A DNA stretch of 64,000 nt, taken from NCBI RefSeq assembly GCF_035594765.1, contig NC_085846.1, positions 111,587,190 through 111,651,189 on the forward strand, given 5' to 3'. The DNA comes from Anolis carolinensis. Its lineage: Eukaryota. How positions within the stretch are numbered: position 1 is the first letter of the stretch; each line of letters starts with the position of its first letter. This document shows positions 13,103 through 26,376 of this stretch, one piece after another. Made by a program: the position numbers and the translations under genes. The notes beneath the pieces were generated by a model. That model did not search any database and was not told where the DNA came from. It was given only the letters and a program-made list of their open reading frames with translations.

Positions 13103-13238
13103 GACTAGGGGGATTTGGTTATGTTTAACATGGAGAAGTGAATGCTGGGAGGGTCATATTTGTCCAAAGGGATATGGAGAAGAAGATAGGAGGAGCTTGT
13201 TTTATGCTGCTTCAGAGACTACAACATGAACCAATGGC

Positions 13239-14560
13239 CTTCTGGGACGCCTCGCAGGAATGGGACTTGGAGGTACTGTCCTGCAGTGGCTCCACTCATT
13301 CCTGGAGGGTCGGTCCCAGATGGTGTCATTGGGGGACGCCTGCTCGGCCCCACAACCGTTGACTTGTGGGGTCCCGCAGGGTTCTGTATTGTCTCCCATG
13401 TTGTTTAACATCTACATGAAGCCGCTGAGAGAGATCATCAGGAGTTTCGGGGTCCGGTGTCATCTGTACGCAGATGATGTCCAGCTCTGTCATTCCTTCC
13501 CACCTGTCACTAAGGAGGCTGTTCAGGTCCTGAACCGGTGCTTGGCCGCTGTGTCGGACTGGATGAGGGCCAACAAATTGAAATTGAATCCAGACAAGAC
13601 AGAGGTCCTCCTGGTCAGTCGGAAGGCCGAACAGGGTATAGGGTTACAGCCTGTGCTGGATGGGGTCACACTCCCCCTGAAGGCGCAGGTGCGCAGTCTG
13701 GGGGTGATCCTGGACTCATCGTTGAGCCTGGAGCCCCAGGTCTCAGCGGTGGCTAGGGGAGCCTTCGCACAATTAAAACTTGTGCGCCAGCTGCGACCGT
13801 ACCTTGGGAAGCCAGACTTGGCCACGGTGGTCCACGCCCTTGTTACATCCCGTTTAGACTACTGCAACGCACTCTACGTGGGGCTGCCTTTGAAGACTGT
13901 TCGGAAGCTTCAATTAGTCCAACGGGAAGCTGCCAGGTTAATAACTGGAGCGGCGTTCAGGGAGCATACTACTCCTCTGTTACGTCAGCTCCACTGGCTG
14001 CCGATTAGCTACCGAGCACAATTCAAGGTGCTGGCTTTAGCCTATAAAGCTCTAAACGGTTCCGGCCCAGCTTATCTGTCCGAACGTGTCTCCCGCTATG
14101 ACCCACCTCGAAGCTTAAGATCGTCGGATGAGGCCCTGCTCGCGGTCCCGTCAGCCTCACAGGTGCGGCTGGCGGGGACGAGAGACAGGGCCTTTTCAGT
14201 AGTGGCTCCCCGCCTATGGAACGCCCTCCCCATTGAAGTCAGGCAGGCTTCCTCCCTCCTATCCTTCCGTAGGAAGGTAAAAACTTGGTTGTGGGGCCAG
14301 GCTTTCGAATAAGAATCAGCAGCATTAATTACTATTATGTATACTGGAACTCAATTGACAGACCCAGTCTTTTAAACTTGTACATGCCTATCTATATTTT
14401 ATAAATGCATTTTATGAATGTTATATGTAAGTTAATTTTTTAACTGATTTATAGTGTATTGTACTGTTTTTATATGTCTGTTTTATTGTAAGCCGCCCTG
14501 AGTCCCCTGTTGGGTGAGAAGGGCGGGATATAAATATTGTAATAAATAAATAAATAAATA
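13239..14560 (+). mobile_element. 5'-truncated L2-clade LINE with an open ORF2 C-terminal half (reverse transcriptase)
   Basis: 350-aa ORF 13260-14312 with GVPQGSVLSPMLFNIYM, YADD, LNPDKTE and SRLDYCN; L2 3' tail plus (AATA)n. Confidence 0.95.
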
Positions 14561-15362
14561 AGATTCCATTTCCTTTCACTAGCACACACAGCCATGTTTT
14601 CATGGCTCATAATTTGGGCTCAGTTTGTACACAGACGTAATGAGTGGTCCCTGTTTTAGAGAAGAACATTTCCCCAACCGACTGCTGTATGCAGTTATTG
14701 GAAGATGGCAAAGCGTCCTCCAATCTCTACAACTTTTTCCCATGCAGAACACAGTGAAATTAGCAGCGTCAAATGGTTTTCCATACAATGTGCTTTGACC
14801 TAATTTTGTGACTCTGGAACATCTGACAGTGCGACGTCCTCTCCCTTTGATTGAAGGACAAAGTGGGATAATATCATGGTTGGCAGATGTCTTACTAAAG
14901 ATGCTCTTATTATAACCTTTTATTCCCTAATAAACACAGCTGCATACAACATCAGGGTACTGTGTTTCAGCGCATATTACAGTGCCGTTCAGCACAGATA
15001 ATAACTATGTTCTGTCTTACTTTTTTATTTTTAAATTTTTGACTGCATGGGTTCCCACAGCTGATTGATAAAGGCCAACATAGTCATCTCAGTAAACCAT
15101 GGATTACTGTGATGGGATCAAAGTTTCATAGAACTTTGATTTTGGATGCTGATCCATTTGGCACACACCGATCTTCAATCATTACTATGTGGAGGAGACT
15201 GGATGCTTTTGTTTCTTGATAACCCACAGTGCAGCATTATATCAGAACTCCACAGTGATTAATCTTAATTATGATTTGTTTGAAACAAGCCAACTGCATA
15301 CCCTATAGTTGGAAATAGGATTGCTTCCAACTAACTGGAGTTAAAAATTGAGCTAAAACAGT

Positions 15363-15613
15363 GGGAGCTCCGGTGGCACAATGGGTTAAACCCTTGTGCC
15401 GGCTGAACTGCTGAACTCAAGGTTGGCAATTCGAATCCTCAAGACAGGGTGAGCTCCAGTCTGTCAGCTCTAGCTTCCCATGTGGGGACATGAGAGAAGC
15501 CTCCCCGCAGGATGGTAACACAGCCAGGGGTCCTCTGAGCAACATCTTTGAAGACTGCTGATTTTCTCACATTAGAAGTGACTTTCAATTCGCTTCTGAC
15601 ACTATTTAAAAAA
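15363..15613 (+). mobile_element. Anolis-type SINE
   Basis: Homologous to 3365-3620, with an A tail. Confidence 0.8.
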
Positions 15614-16688
15614 AGGTTGGATTAATCAAAAAGAGAAAGTTCTCCCTTATGACTGCACTGGGCGGGAAGTCTTTGAGATGGAGGCTTACTGTGACATATC
15701 AGGAACAATATATGGTTTCCTCAGGATACCTGAATCAGCTGAAAAAGTTAGTCTTGAAACAGAAAAGCCTTTGTCCTAGTCCTATCATGGCTTCAGGGAT
15801 ATTATCCCCCTTTTGCAAGTGCAGCTGGAAGTGGAAGTGGGACAGCAGAAGATGACAAACGACTTACCTTTGGCCACCTGTGGAGTGATCAGGAGAAGTC
15901 AGATTTGAACATTTGCATTACATAGTTTATCCCCTTAACTGCTGGTATTTCTTTCCTTAATTATTGGCTCAGGAAGATCACCTTATAAGACCATTGCATC
16001 TTTGCAATAGAAATAAGGATGAGCGCTGCTGAACGCAGAATTACATGGATTCTGTTATTTGGCTTAATTGTCCATTAAAGCATAATATTTATTCATTTAA
16101 TTTATTTAAGTATTTGTTTATCATCTCTCAGCTTTTGAGAGCCCTTCTGGTGGAGGAAGATTTTGGTTATGGAATAAGGAGGCTGTCCTGCAGTCAGCAG
16201 ATAACTTCTAAGGGTACTTTGGGCCCTTGAATGATGAAATCCCATTCTACACAACAGTATAGTAAAATAGTGCCCTTTAAATAAGGTGGCAAAATTAGCT
16301 TAACATTTGGACCTTTTAGAAAATATTTTCGAGCTGTGGATGGTGGTGGATACAGAATCTGTGGATATGGAAGGTTGACTGCATAATCAATTGAATGCAC
16401 ATTTAAATATTCACAATTCACTGTGGTTTTATTGGAGCCTTTTAAATTATGTGGTAAGCTGTCTTGCATTACAACTCTGGGGAAGAGGCAGAATATGAAA
16501 CACTCAGACAGACAGACAGACACATGAAGGTTATCTAGTCCATCATTTTGTTCATCCATAGTGGTCAACCAATTGCCTCTAAAATCATCAGGATGATGTG
16601 AAAGCAACTTATATCCTCCCTTTCACACCTCACAGTATATTGTCTTTGGTATAAGAAGCAACATGTATCTACCTGAACTAGTAACCAT

Positions 16689-17177
16689 TAGGCTTGTGCA
16701 CGGATTCGGTTTGGTCGGTTCCCTTTAGCCAATCCAGCTTGTTCGGCTGGCCATAACAGTAAGGGCTCAAGCACCATGTTTTTTTAGTCTGAAACAGCCT
16801 GTGTGGCTGCAGAACGAGGCCTCCTCCCTTCTATTCGGGAGCACGCAGTGCATGCTCCCTTAACCCCATTCCTCAAACCCAGGCTCCTTTGAAAGGAAGA
16901 AAGAAAAGGGTACCAGGAGGGAGGCTTCCTTAACCCTGTTCTTCAAACCCAGACTCTCTTGAAAGGAAGATAGGAAAGGGTCCCAGGGACGGAAAGGGGA
17001 GCCTCATAAGTTCCCCATTCCCGCCAATGGGCCGGATCTTCCCAGATTTTAGCAGCCTAGCCAAAAACAGGTTTTTCCATTAGCTGATTTTCAGGAGGCT
17101 CCCGAAAGCAGATCTGAGTACCCAATGAAATTCTGATATCAAAAATGGATGACCCTCCAACCAATTGCACAAGCCTA
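16689..17177. mobile_element. hAT MITE
   Basis: Perfect TIR TAGGCTTGTGCA/TGCACAAGCCTA and perfect 8-bp TSD GTAACCAT. Confidence 0.92.
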
Positions 17178-17296
17178 GTAACCATCAGTGCCATAGTTCC
17201 CATTATCGAATCTCTCTTTAGAATCTCTAGAACGTCTCTTGCTTCCCCACCCCAGCTTTAATTATTGACAGCCTTCTATTTTGTGTCTTCCTACAG

Positions 17297-17504
17297 GGCC
17301 GGGCCATGGCGAGGCAGAGACAAGGGAATGCATCTACTATAATGCCAACTGGGAACTGGAAAAAACCAACCAGAGTGGAGTGGAGCGCTGCGAAGGGGAG
17401 AAGGACAAGCGCCTCCACTGCTATGCTTCCTGGAGAAACAACTCTGGCTCCATTGAACTGGTGAAGAAAGGATGTTGGCTTGATGACTTCAACTGTTATG
17501 ACAG
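17297..17504 (+). CDS. ACVR2B: ACVR2B exon 2 (ligand-binding ectodomain)
   Basis: ctacag|GG...ACAG|gtaatg; translates [70 protein letters not shown]. Confidence 0.98.
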
Positions 17505-17898
17505 GTAATGGCAGAAAATTAGAACTGGGGAGCACATCTAGTTTCTTCCTACCAATGGAAAACAGAAGGGATCCCCCTTGGTGGGAAGGCAGAGTTGTTT
17601 TCCCTTTCTCTGTCCATACAGATGTTGGACATTGTTATTGGCTTTCAAACATGGAAACCCTAAGGTGACCCTATCATAGGCTCTTTCTTCAGAGAGAAGT
17701 TGACATTGCCTTCTTTTAAAGCAGAGTATGTGACTTTCAGTGGGTTTCCATGGCCAAACTGGAATTTGAACCCTGATTTCCCAGAATTGTGGTCCAACAC
17801 TCAACCCACTTCACCACATTGGCTTTCTGGTTTGATGTAAGTTTTTGTATAATGTAGTTCAAATGAACTGAAGAAAGCTTGAGACAAGCATTCATTTA

Positions 17899-18230
17899 AA
17901 GGTTAAAATGGTTTTCCCCTGACGTTAAGTCCAGTCATGTCTGACTCTGGAGGTTGGTGCTCATCTCCATTTCTAAGTTGAAGAGCCGGCGTTGTCCGTA
18001 GACACCTCCAAGGTCATGTGGCTGGCATGACTGCATGGAGCGCCATTACCTTTCCGACGGAGCAGTACCTGTTGATCTACTCACATTGGCATGTTTTCAA
18101 ACTGCTATGTTGGCAGGAGCTGGGGCTAACAGCGGCTGCTTACACTGCTCCCGGAGTTTGAACCTGGGACCTTTTGGTCTGCAAGTTCAGCAGCTCAGTG
18201 CTTTCACACACTTCACCACTGGGGCTCCTT
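17899..18230 (-). mobile_element. Sauria SINE
   Basis: Homologous to 926-1260; TSD AAGCATTCATTTA. Confidence 0.9.
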
Positions 18231-18944
18231 AAGCATTCATTTACAGAACTAAAACTTGGCTAGTTGTGAAGTGTTCTTTATATTCAATATGAAGTTACAG
18301 TTTCTACTTGTTTGGCTTGATAAATGATAGTAAAATATATCCGCATGTGGCAATGTAAGTAGGTTATCATGGGATCATAACAGCCAAGCATAATTGTCAT
18401 CACTTAAAATTGTTTTCAGTTATTTTATATGGAATTAGAAAGGCATTCACAGATGTCTGGTGGCATTTATAGCCCCTTCATCTCCTATACAGTAGTTTGA
18501 GCTTTCCAAATGAAGTTGACAGACAGAATAACTGTAGGCATTTTTTTAAAACCCTACTTACCCATATTTTTTACAAATGTTGTCGCTCATTTCTTTCTCC
18601 CAAGATCCCTTATCCTCTTTTACTTTCTTAGATACATATTTCGGAAACAGATGATAGAAATGACTTGGGGTAGCAATTTCTGCCTTTTTGAAAGCAACCA
18701 AACAAAAAAGGAAAGTAGGGAAATTGCCCGTTTGGATTCATGAGGATCAAATCTGGCAAAATGTGAGCAATACAGAAATTGTGACTAGACGACTTTATAA
18801 TTTTAAATGCAGTCAGATGGTTCCATGGTTTTAATTTACTTTTTTATTCTCAGTTGTTTCAGTTATTTTTACTGGCAAAAGCTTGTACTGAGAATTAACT
18901 TCCACTCATTTCAGTGAAGCTTACTCTTAGATATGTGAGCATAG

Positions 18945-19687
18945 TAGGGTTGTGCATTTGGTGTAAACCTTGACCCATTTCATCTCCTGGGCCCCGATCC
19001 GTTTTTTTGGGAGCTTCTTGAAATCGAGAGGGCAGATATCTGCTTTTGCTCTGGGTGCCGAAAGATCCATTTTCTATTGGCCCATTATGGTGGGGGGAGG
19101 GGCTCCCCAGGCTCCCCTTCCCATCATTGTAGGCATTTAAGAGGAGAGGGGCAGGCAGGCCTGAATGCCACATGCACACTCTTTCCAAAGCATTTAAAGG
19201 AGGTAAGCAAATTCTTAGAACTGTTTCTTACTCTAGAGGAGGTGCTCCTCTGCAGGCAGGCAAATGTGCGTGCCAGCAGCCACACACTCTTTCCATTCCA
19301 AGGCATTTAAAGGAGCCAAGCAACTTCTAATCTTAAAGCTCTTTCTTACTCTAGAGGAGGTGCTCGGCTGCAGGCAGGTGCATGCGCATGTGCATGCCAA
19401 CAGCCAAGTACTATTCCAAGGCATTTTAAGTCTTCTCACTTCCAGGTAAAGAAGAGCAATGACCTCCTGGAAGAGGAGAAGTAACTTATAATAGTTTTCA
19501 GGAATTAGGGTTTCCTTTTTGTTTGCTGGGGATTAATAAAAAAGATTAAACTGTGATGCCAAAAAGCAGGCAAGGAGCTGGGATTGGCGCACATTTGCTT
19601 TCATGTCAAGCTGATTTCTCGTTACGTGCTCCTGAAGGTAACAAAAGTAACAAAAGAACGGATAAAACAGTTCTGCATACAACTCTG
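18945..19687. mobile_element. hAT-type MITE with internal ~120-bp duplications
   Basis: TAGGGTTGTGCA...TGCATACAACTCTG; TSD GAGCATAG/GAACATAG; related, in inverted orientation, to 39020-39712. Confidence 0.75.
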
Positions 19688-21222
19688 GAACATAGTATTA
19701 CAGCCTTAGAGCAGGAGCTTCATTGGGCAGCTTATACTTGATGTCATTGTCAGCTACGCTGGAGAGCATTTTGGGTTACAAGTAACTGAAATGGGGAAAG
19801 TCTATACCTCAGTGGTTGTGTACATGCTTTACATGCACAAGGTCTTTGGTTCAATCAACAGCTTCTCCAGGTAGCATGAAGAGTGAATCCTGTCTGAAAC
19901 TGCTGCTTGCAGCTGCCAGTTCTGAACTAATTGAACCAGTGGTGTCATTTGGGTATAAGCCACCTTCGTCAAACTCTTGTGGGTATTACAAAACTAGAAC
20001 CAATCCTTTAGACATTATTATTCCTTGTCATTATGTGTTATCATGCTGGCTTGGTGGCTTGTGGTTATCCTATGAATATGAGCTGCTCAAGTCTTGCAAA
20101 TTCAGAGCCATCGCTTCCTCAATTGAGTAAATGTGTAATGCAGTTTTTGATTTTTCAAATGCCGTCAACTTTACCGAACATTATTGTCTTTTCCATTTCG
20201 TGTCCAAACTAAAATAATCTCAGTTTAGTCATTTGGATTTCTGGTTACAGTTCGGGCTTCATTTGTTGTATGAATGTTATTGTAGGTGCAACTGTAGTGA
20301 TGTATACTTTGTTTGTAGTAGTCAAGGAGTAATGGTTTTGAATGTTGGATTTTTGCAAAGGAAACCATGGAACTGCACTAGGTGATCTTGGGCAGGTCAC
20401 ATGATATCATAATCCAAGAAAAACACTTCTGAACAAATTTTGCCAAGAAAACACTATAATAGATATGAAAAAAAGGTGGGGGAGGAGAAAAGTAGAATAT
20501 AGGATGAATATTACCAGCACTATAATTAATACTACAGACAGATTGGCTGGTTGCCATGTAAAATCCAAGTCACAAGGTGATTCTCTCTGTTCTTGGTGGC
20601 ATCTAGCTTTGAAGACTGGTGGTACCTCCTCTGCAGTTTTTCTTTATCTGTCGGTTTTAGAGATCTTCCTGCTTTTCTATAATCCAGGCATATCTGCTTT
20701 ATTTCTGATAGCTGATGATGTTGCTCTCAACTCCTGGCCTTCTGCACAGCCCTTTTATCTTCCTAATGTAGTTTATGTTCCTTGTCATTTCTTTGCTGCG
20801 TTGTTTTCAAAATTGCTGTTTGGCAGTTAGCAAATCAGCCATGCTCTACTATCTGCTCCGCTCATGCTTCATCAGCCCCCAGTCATGTTCAGCAGTGGAG
20901 TGGGATGCCTTGTCTCATCTTTGTCCCTCTCCCAATTATTTCTCTCATTTTAGCATTAATGCTGTCTCTTTCTTTATGTCTTTACATTTATGGATTGCTG
21001 CAACTTGCCAGCCTTGTCATCTCTTTCTTATCCTTTCCTGCTTTAATTTTTCTGTGTAGTGGGCAACTACACAGTGTGAACCTGTTTGTGTTGTCGAAGG
21101 CTTTCATGGCCGGAACCACTGGGTTGCTGTGAGTTTTCCAGGCTGTAAGGCCATGTTTCAGGAGCATTCTCTCCTGACATTTCATCCACATCTATAGCAG
21201 GCATACTCAGAGGTTGTGAGGT

Positions 21223-21600
21223 CTGGGCATGTTTAGCCTACAGAAGAGAAGGCTGAGAGGAGACATGATAGCCATGTATAAATATGTGAGGGGAAGTCAT
21301 AGGGAGAAGAGAGCAAGCTTGTTTTCTGCTGCCCTGGAGACTAGGATGCGGAACAACGGCTTTAAACTACAGGAAAAGAGATTCCACCTGGACATTAAGA
21401 AGAACTTCCTCACTGTGAGAGCTGTTCAGCAGTTCAACTCTCTGCCCCAAAGTGTGGTGAAGGCTCCTTCTTTGGAGGCTTTTAAGCAGAGGCTGGATGG
21501 TCATCTGTCGGGGGTGCTTTGAATGCGATTTTCCTGCTTCTTGTCAGGGGGTTGGACTGGATGGCTCACGAGGTCTCTATGACAGTATGACTATACTATG
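21223..21600 (+). mobile_element. CR1 LINE 3' end
   Basis: ORF 21229-21522 (MFSLQKRRLRGDMIAMYKY...FKQRLDGHLSGVL) is the CR1 ORF2 C-terminus. Confidence 0.92.
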
Positions 21601-21666
21601 ATTCCCACCCTGGACATTTCACAGATATATAAACCACACTTGCCTAGTTTCCAACAGACCTCACAA

Positions 21667-21707
21667 TCTCTGAAGATGCCTGTCATAGATGTGGGCGAAA
21701 TGTCTGG
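21667..21707 (+). ncRNA. Minimal hammerhead-ribozyme-like motif (degenerate)
   Basis: CTGAAGA-T-gcctgtcatagatgtgggc-GAAA-TGTC: catalytic boxes intact, stem I weakened. Confidence 0.6.
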
Positions 21708-22660
21708 AGAGAATGCTTCTGGAACATGGCCATACAGTCCAGAAAACTCACAGCAACCCAACCTATTTGTGGTTTTGAAATTGATTGATTTTTTAATTGA
21801 TTTTTTTTAAAATGTTAAAAAAGCAATCCTACACATTGGAAAAATGCTGGAGATATATATATACATACACACACACACACACAATAATTAGTTTACTGTC
21901 TTTGGTGCAACCTGCACTCCTTCTTTTGGCTCATATGATCATGCTTTTATCCATATTCCTATTCAGATAATATTTTTACTCCTCCCACTGTCACTTTCTC
22001 CCACTTCTAACCTGTGTCTCCATTCACTCCTTTTTACTTTCTCCTCTTTCATTATTTTCTCTTGATAGTTTATCAAAGATTTATTGATAAGATAGTTATC
22101 CATTTCTCATTACCCATCTCTTCTAGTTGTATTCTTCGCAGTATTTCTCATTACCAAAATGCTCCTGATTCTTTCTGTTCTTCTTTTTCTCTGCTTTGTC
22201 TCTGGTGTTGCTTTTCTTCTTCAGCCAAATCCATCATTTTGTCCTCTTGATGGAGGCCCTCTTCCTTTAAAAAAAGCAATTATTACTTGTTCTGCTCTTT
22301 TTTCCCTCTCTCTCTGATAATTCTTTCTTTCTTCAAACATGCTTTTTCTCAGTTCTTAAGAAAACTACTTTCCAAATGGATACCTGGAGCTGAAAAAATG
22401 ATAAAGTCCAAGCTGTGTGTTCCAGCACTTACAGTTCACACCTCTCCTTCTAATTCCTCTTTTTGAGCCTTTCCAGTCTGGGAAACTGAAGAATTATGTT
22501 TCTGAAGCTAATAAGACAGCAGCAAGGGAACAGTTAAGATTTGGGTTTCTGACTTTTGCTGGACTGATCAAAGGTGGAACTTTACCAGGATTTTCTACAG
22601 GAGTTGCTGGTGATGATCCCCTTGCTTAGAAAGAACTCCGAAATATGACGAAGGGATTGA

Positions 22661-22775
22661 GGCCCCTTCTACATTGGCTTATATCCCAGGACTTGGCAAG
22701 GTAAACTCAGAAAATCCAGTTCAAAGCAGATAATCTGGGATCAGATCCTGGGATACAGGGCAGTGCAAGAGAGGC
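22661..22775. mobile_element. PIF/Harbinger-like MITE
   Basis: GGCCCCTT...AGAGGCC flanked by TGA. Confidence 0.55.
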
Positions 22776-22910
22776 CTGAGAGATAAGGTGTGAGAAGATC
22801 CGAGATAGACGGCTACTGGAATTAAAGATACGAATACAGAACTGCTAGGGGATGAAATGCAAGGGGAGGAGAAAGATGGGGCTAATCTTCATATTTTAAG
22901 AGTGCAAGTA

Positions 22911-23350
22911 ATAATAATAATTCACTTTATCTATATTCTACATTATCTCCCCGTAGGGACTCAGAGGGGATTACAGTACACATATAAGGCAAACATTCAA
23001 TGCCTTTTACACAGTGAACACAATGGCATACAATACACAGAATAAAGGTAAAGGCCTTCCCCTTTTTCATCTCCGGCTCAACTCTGGCCATGGGGAGGTG
23101 CTCTTGTTCCATTTTTCCATGCCGAGGAGCCTATTGTCCATAGACATCTCCGATTGGTTGCATGTCTGCAGGGGACGCCCTTTTAACTTCCTGCTGAGGC
23201 AGTACCTATTGATCTACTTGCATGGCATGCTTTCGAACTGCTAGGTTGGCAAAAGCTAGGGCTAACAGCGGGAGCCCACCCCCGACTTACGGCTTTGAAT
23301 TGCCAAGCCTCTGGTTAGCATCTTTCCTGCAGGTAGTGGTTTAACTCACT
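22911..23350 (-). mobile_element. Diverged Sauria-like SINE joined to an L2-type tail
   Basis: The body shares CAGTACCTATTGATCTACT...TTCGAACTGCTAGGTTGGCA with Sauria SINE, plus ~130 nt of L2-like 3' extension. Confidence 0.7.
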
Positions 23351-23960
23351 TCACTACCACAATCCCAAATAACCATGGATGTTGAGTCAGTATTAAACCT
23401 TTTGTATGCAAGAAATCTTAATGCTGTGTAACTGGGGAACCATGGTGAGTGTGTCTGAAATAAGGTCCCTTTTACTTGTCCTGATTCACCAAAGCATCCC
23501 ATCCTGGAGAACCAAGGAAAATTTAACAAATACCCTCAGGAAGAGAAAATGTCCTGTCTGTTCCATGATATGACCACAGCTTCTTCAGCTTGATCTCTGT
23601 ATCAGAGCAAACATTAAATTCCTATTTTTCTTATGGCCGAAGAATCCAGAACTGGAAAGACGGATGAGTCCTTTTGTTTCCACACAATAAATGCTCAGTA
23701 ATTTTTGGCATGCTCTGAAAAAATGTCTGGTACTACTAATGTGGAAAGCAGTGTGTTCTTCTGGGAGCCATTTGCTGCAGAAGATGAAAACTTAGTCATT
23801 TAAAGCTGTTTACTAGGAAATTAAAATGCACTGTGTTCTGGGGAAAAGGGATCTGCTTTTAGGGCTATTTCCATTATATCTTCTAAATGCACTGATTAAA
23901 ATCTCTCACTTTATTTAGTCCCTTGATTACTCATCACTTGATGACCCTCATCATGTAAAT

Positions 23961-24350
23961 GAGTGGTTCCCAACCTGTAGTCTGTGGACCACCAGTGGTT
24001 ATTACGGATAATAACACAGCCTAACCAAAAACAATTTTTTTCTTGGTGTCTTTGTTTTTAGGCCTGTTCCTGGGATTATTTGGTATGATAATTCAGAAAT
24101 TTACATTGGATAGACCACATCAGCTCTAGATTATTAAATATTATTTTCTGTGGGCGAGCAGATGGCAACTACTGGATGTCACATGTTCTGTATTAGAAAC
24201 TAAAGCTGATGTGGTCTCTCTAATGCAGTTTTCTGAATCAGCACCCCAAATAACCAAACCGAATCTAAAGTTGATCAAAAACCGATTTGTAAACCTTTTG
24301 GTACTAATGTTGGAGAGTGGGCCCTGGTTAAAGTGGTCCCAGGTCAAGTG
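23961..24350. mobile_element. hAT-like DNA transposon fragment
   Basis: Begins AGTGGTTCCCAACCTG (hAT-type terminus); right end degraded. Confidence 0.5.
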
Positions 24351-24376
24351 TGTGGCAGAATGAAAATCATACGTAG

Positions 24377-25690
24377 TTTTTTTTAGTAATTATTTTTTAT
24401 TTACATACATGAACAACTTTCAGTAAAACAAAACACAAAAGCAATGAACATTTTACAAACACATAACCCCCCACCAAGGCCTGAACAAGTATCATTTCCT
24501 TTACCATAAGATTTTATAAGTCAACCATTAAACAAATGTCATATCCAAAATTCCTGACCAACATGATTATATTGTTTTCCTTTTTCACTTTCTAGAACAT
24601 ATTTCATAAAAACTGACCAGTATAAATCAAAATCAGATCTATTAGTTTCTCCCCTGAACACCCTCATTTCCATTAATAATTTATCATTTAAGGCTACATT
24701 CCATACCTCGCCATACCATGCTTCTAGTGTAAGATTGGTTACTATCTTCCAATTCCTTGCAATTATGAGTCTTGCCACTGTGAGTAGGATAATCACCAAT
24801 TCTTTCTTTTCCATTTCTGAATTCAACTTTGTGGCATCCATTAATAATGCTAACCTAGCATCCGGAGTGATGTTTGTTCCTATAATGTTACTGATTTCTA
24901 TAAATATGTTGTTCCAAAATCTCTTCAACTGGAGGCATTCCCACCATAGATGAAATTGTGTCCCTTTGTGCATGCCACATCTCCAACAGAGGTTACTTTG
25001 CTTCCTATCCATCTGGTGTAGTTTAACCGGTGTGGTATACCATCTCCATATGACATTATATACATTTTCTTTTAATCTTATTGACAAATTTTTAACCACT
25101 CTCCACTTTAAAACCCTTTTCCAATCGAAGTCCATCAGAGGCCCTAGGTCTCCTTCCCATACTTTTTCTAACAGCTTCAGCCCTATTTCTTCCCCTATTA
25201 ATCCATTGTATACTTTCCCAATTGATCCTTTCCCTGATATTTCTTGCTTTTTAAGTTTACTTAGCCATTCCTCATATTTATTTAGCTCCCTACATCTGGG
25301 ATTTTTACCTAACCAGTCCTTTTCCCAATTATAGAGTTGTTGGATCTCAAACCAATTCAGGGCACCTTGTTGTTCTAACTTGTTAAACTCACCCCTCAAA
25401 TTTTGTATCCATTCCTTCCATGAAAGAGCCGTTTCCACCTCCACTAATTTTTTATTCTTAAGTTTAATTCTCAGGTCTTCTGAGAAATTTTCCAGTAAGA
25501 CTATTGGAGTTAGGAGAGAAACTCCTGGAAATATCTTGTTTTTTAACTTAGCCCATGTTTCCATAACATCTTTAGCCAGATTATTTTTACACCACTTAAT
25601 TATTTTGCCAGTTTTTGATATGAAAAAGCATTTCCCTATAATCTCTTTGACCAGTCCACACACTGTCTTGCCAGAGAAAAGATAAGCCAT
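24377..25690 (-). mobile_element. 5'-truncated L1-clade LINE, open ORF2 C-terminus
   Basis: 383-aa ORF 25690-24539 with CCHC knuckle CWRCGMHKGTQFHLWWEC; short 3' UTR and A-rich tail. Confidence 0.9.
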
Positions 25691-25940
25691 GCTGATAATC
25701 AGTAAAGAACAATAAATTTACTCTTCAAAATGCAGAGCAACATATATACAGTCATTTCAACAGTTGCATTGACTCACACAATCTCCTTTGAGAGACATTC
25801 AAATGGTCCTTAGATGTCCATGCAAAACGTCTTCCTCCAGCAGTCCAGGAGCAAGCCTCCTCTCTTGCTAAGCTCCTGCTTAGAAAGATGTAAATCAACT
25901 GTCCCTAACTGAATGGCCAAATATTTTAGGCTCCGAATCC

Positions 25941-25975
<35 letters not shown>
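25941..25975. repeat. (CAT)n microsatellite
   Basis: About 12 CAT units. Confidence 0.95.
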
Positions 25976-25976
<1 letters not shown>

Positions 25977-26045
25977 TATCCCATGGGTAATGGGAGTTGT
26001 GGTCCAATCCACATGAAGAATTTGGGGTTAGTAAAAGCTTATGTT

Positions 26046-26376
26046 GGAGCCCTAGGTGACGCAGCGGGTTAAACTGTTGAGCTGTTGAACTTGCTGACTG
26101 AAAGGTCAGTGTTTCGAATCTGGAGAGCAGGGTAAACTCCCACTATTAGACCCAGGTTCTGCCAACCTAGCAGCTCGAAAACATGCAAATGTGAGTAGAT
26201 CAATAGGTACCGCTCCGGCGGGAAGCTAACGGTTCTCCATGCAGTCATGCTGGCCACATGACCTTGGAGGTGTCTATGGACAATGCCAGCTCTTTGGCTT
26301 AGAAATGGAGATGAGCACCAACCCCAGAGTCAGACTCGACTAGAGTTAATGTCAGGGGAAAACCTTTAACTTTACT
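26046..26376 (+). mobile_element. Sauria SINE
   Basis: Head GGAGCCC.., tail ACCTTTAACTTTAC; TSD AAA(A/G)GCTTATGTT. Confidence 0.9.

Larger units (their letters stand above)
21088..21760. mobile_element. Penelope-like element (inverted arms) with a nested CR1
   Basis: Arms 21088-21222 and 21600-21760 are in opposite orientation; flanking duplication AACCT(G/A)TTTGTG. Confidence 0.8.

Noticed and set aside
13260-14312. Domesticated reverse transcriptase gene
   Set aside because: 5'-truncated within RT and retains the LINE tail; a recent insertion is the simpler explanation
1-17296. ACVR2B exon 1 / promoter
   Set aside because: No CpG island and no signal-peptide exon ending in a phase-1 donor was recognised; it is presumably upstream of the window
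10168-21235. Several CR1 pieces break or start near CTGGGCATGTTT
   Set aside because: Too few cases, and different causes (insertion versus truncation), to claim a hotspot
25810-26007. Poly-Asp ORF
   Set aside because: Reading of the (CAT)n microsatellite
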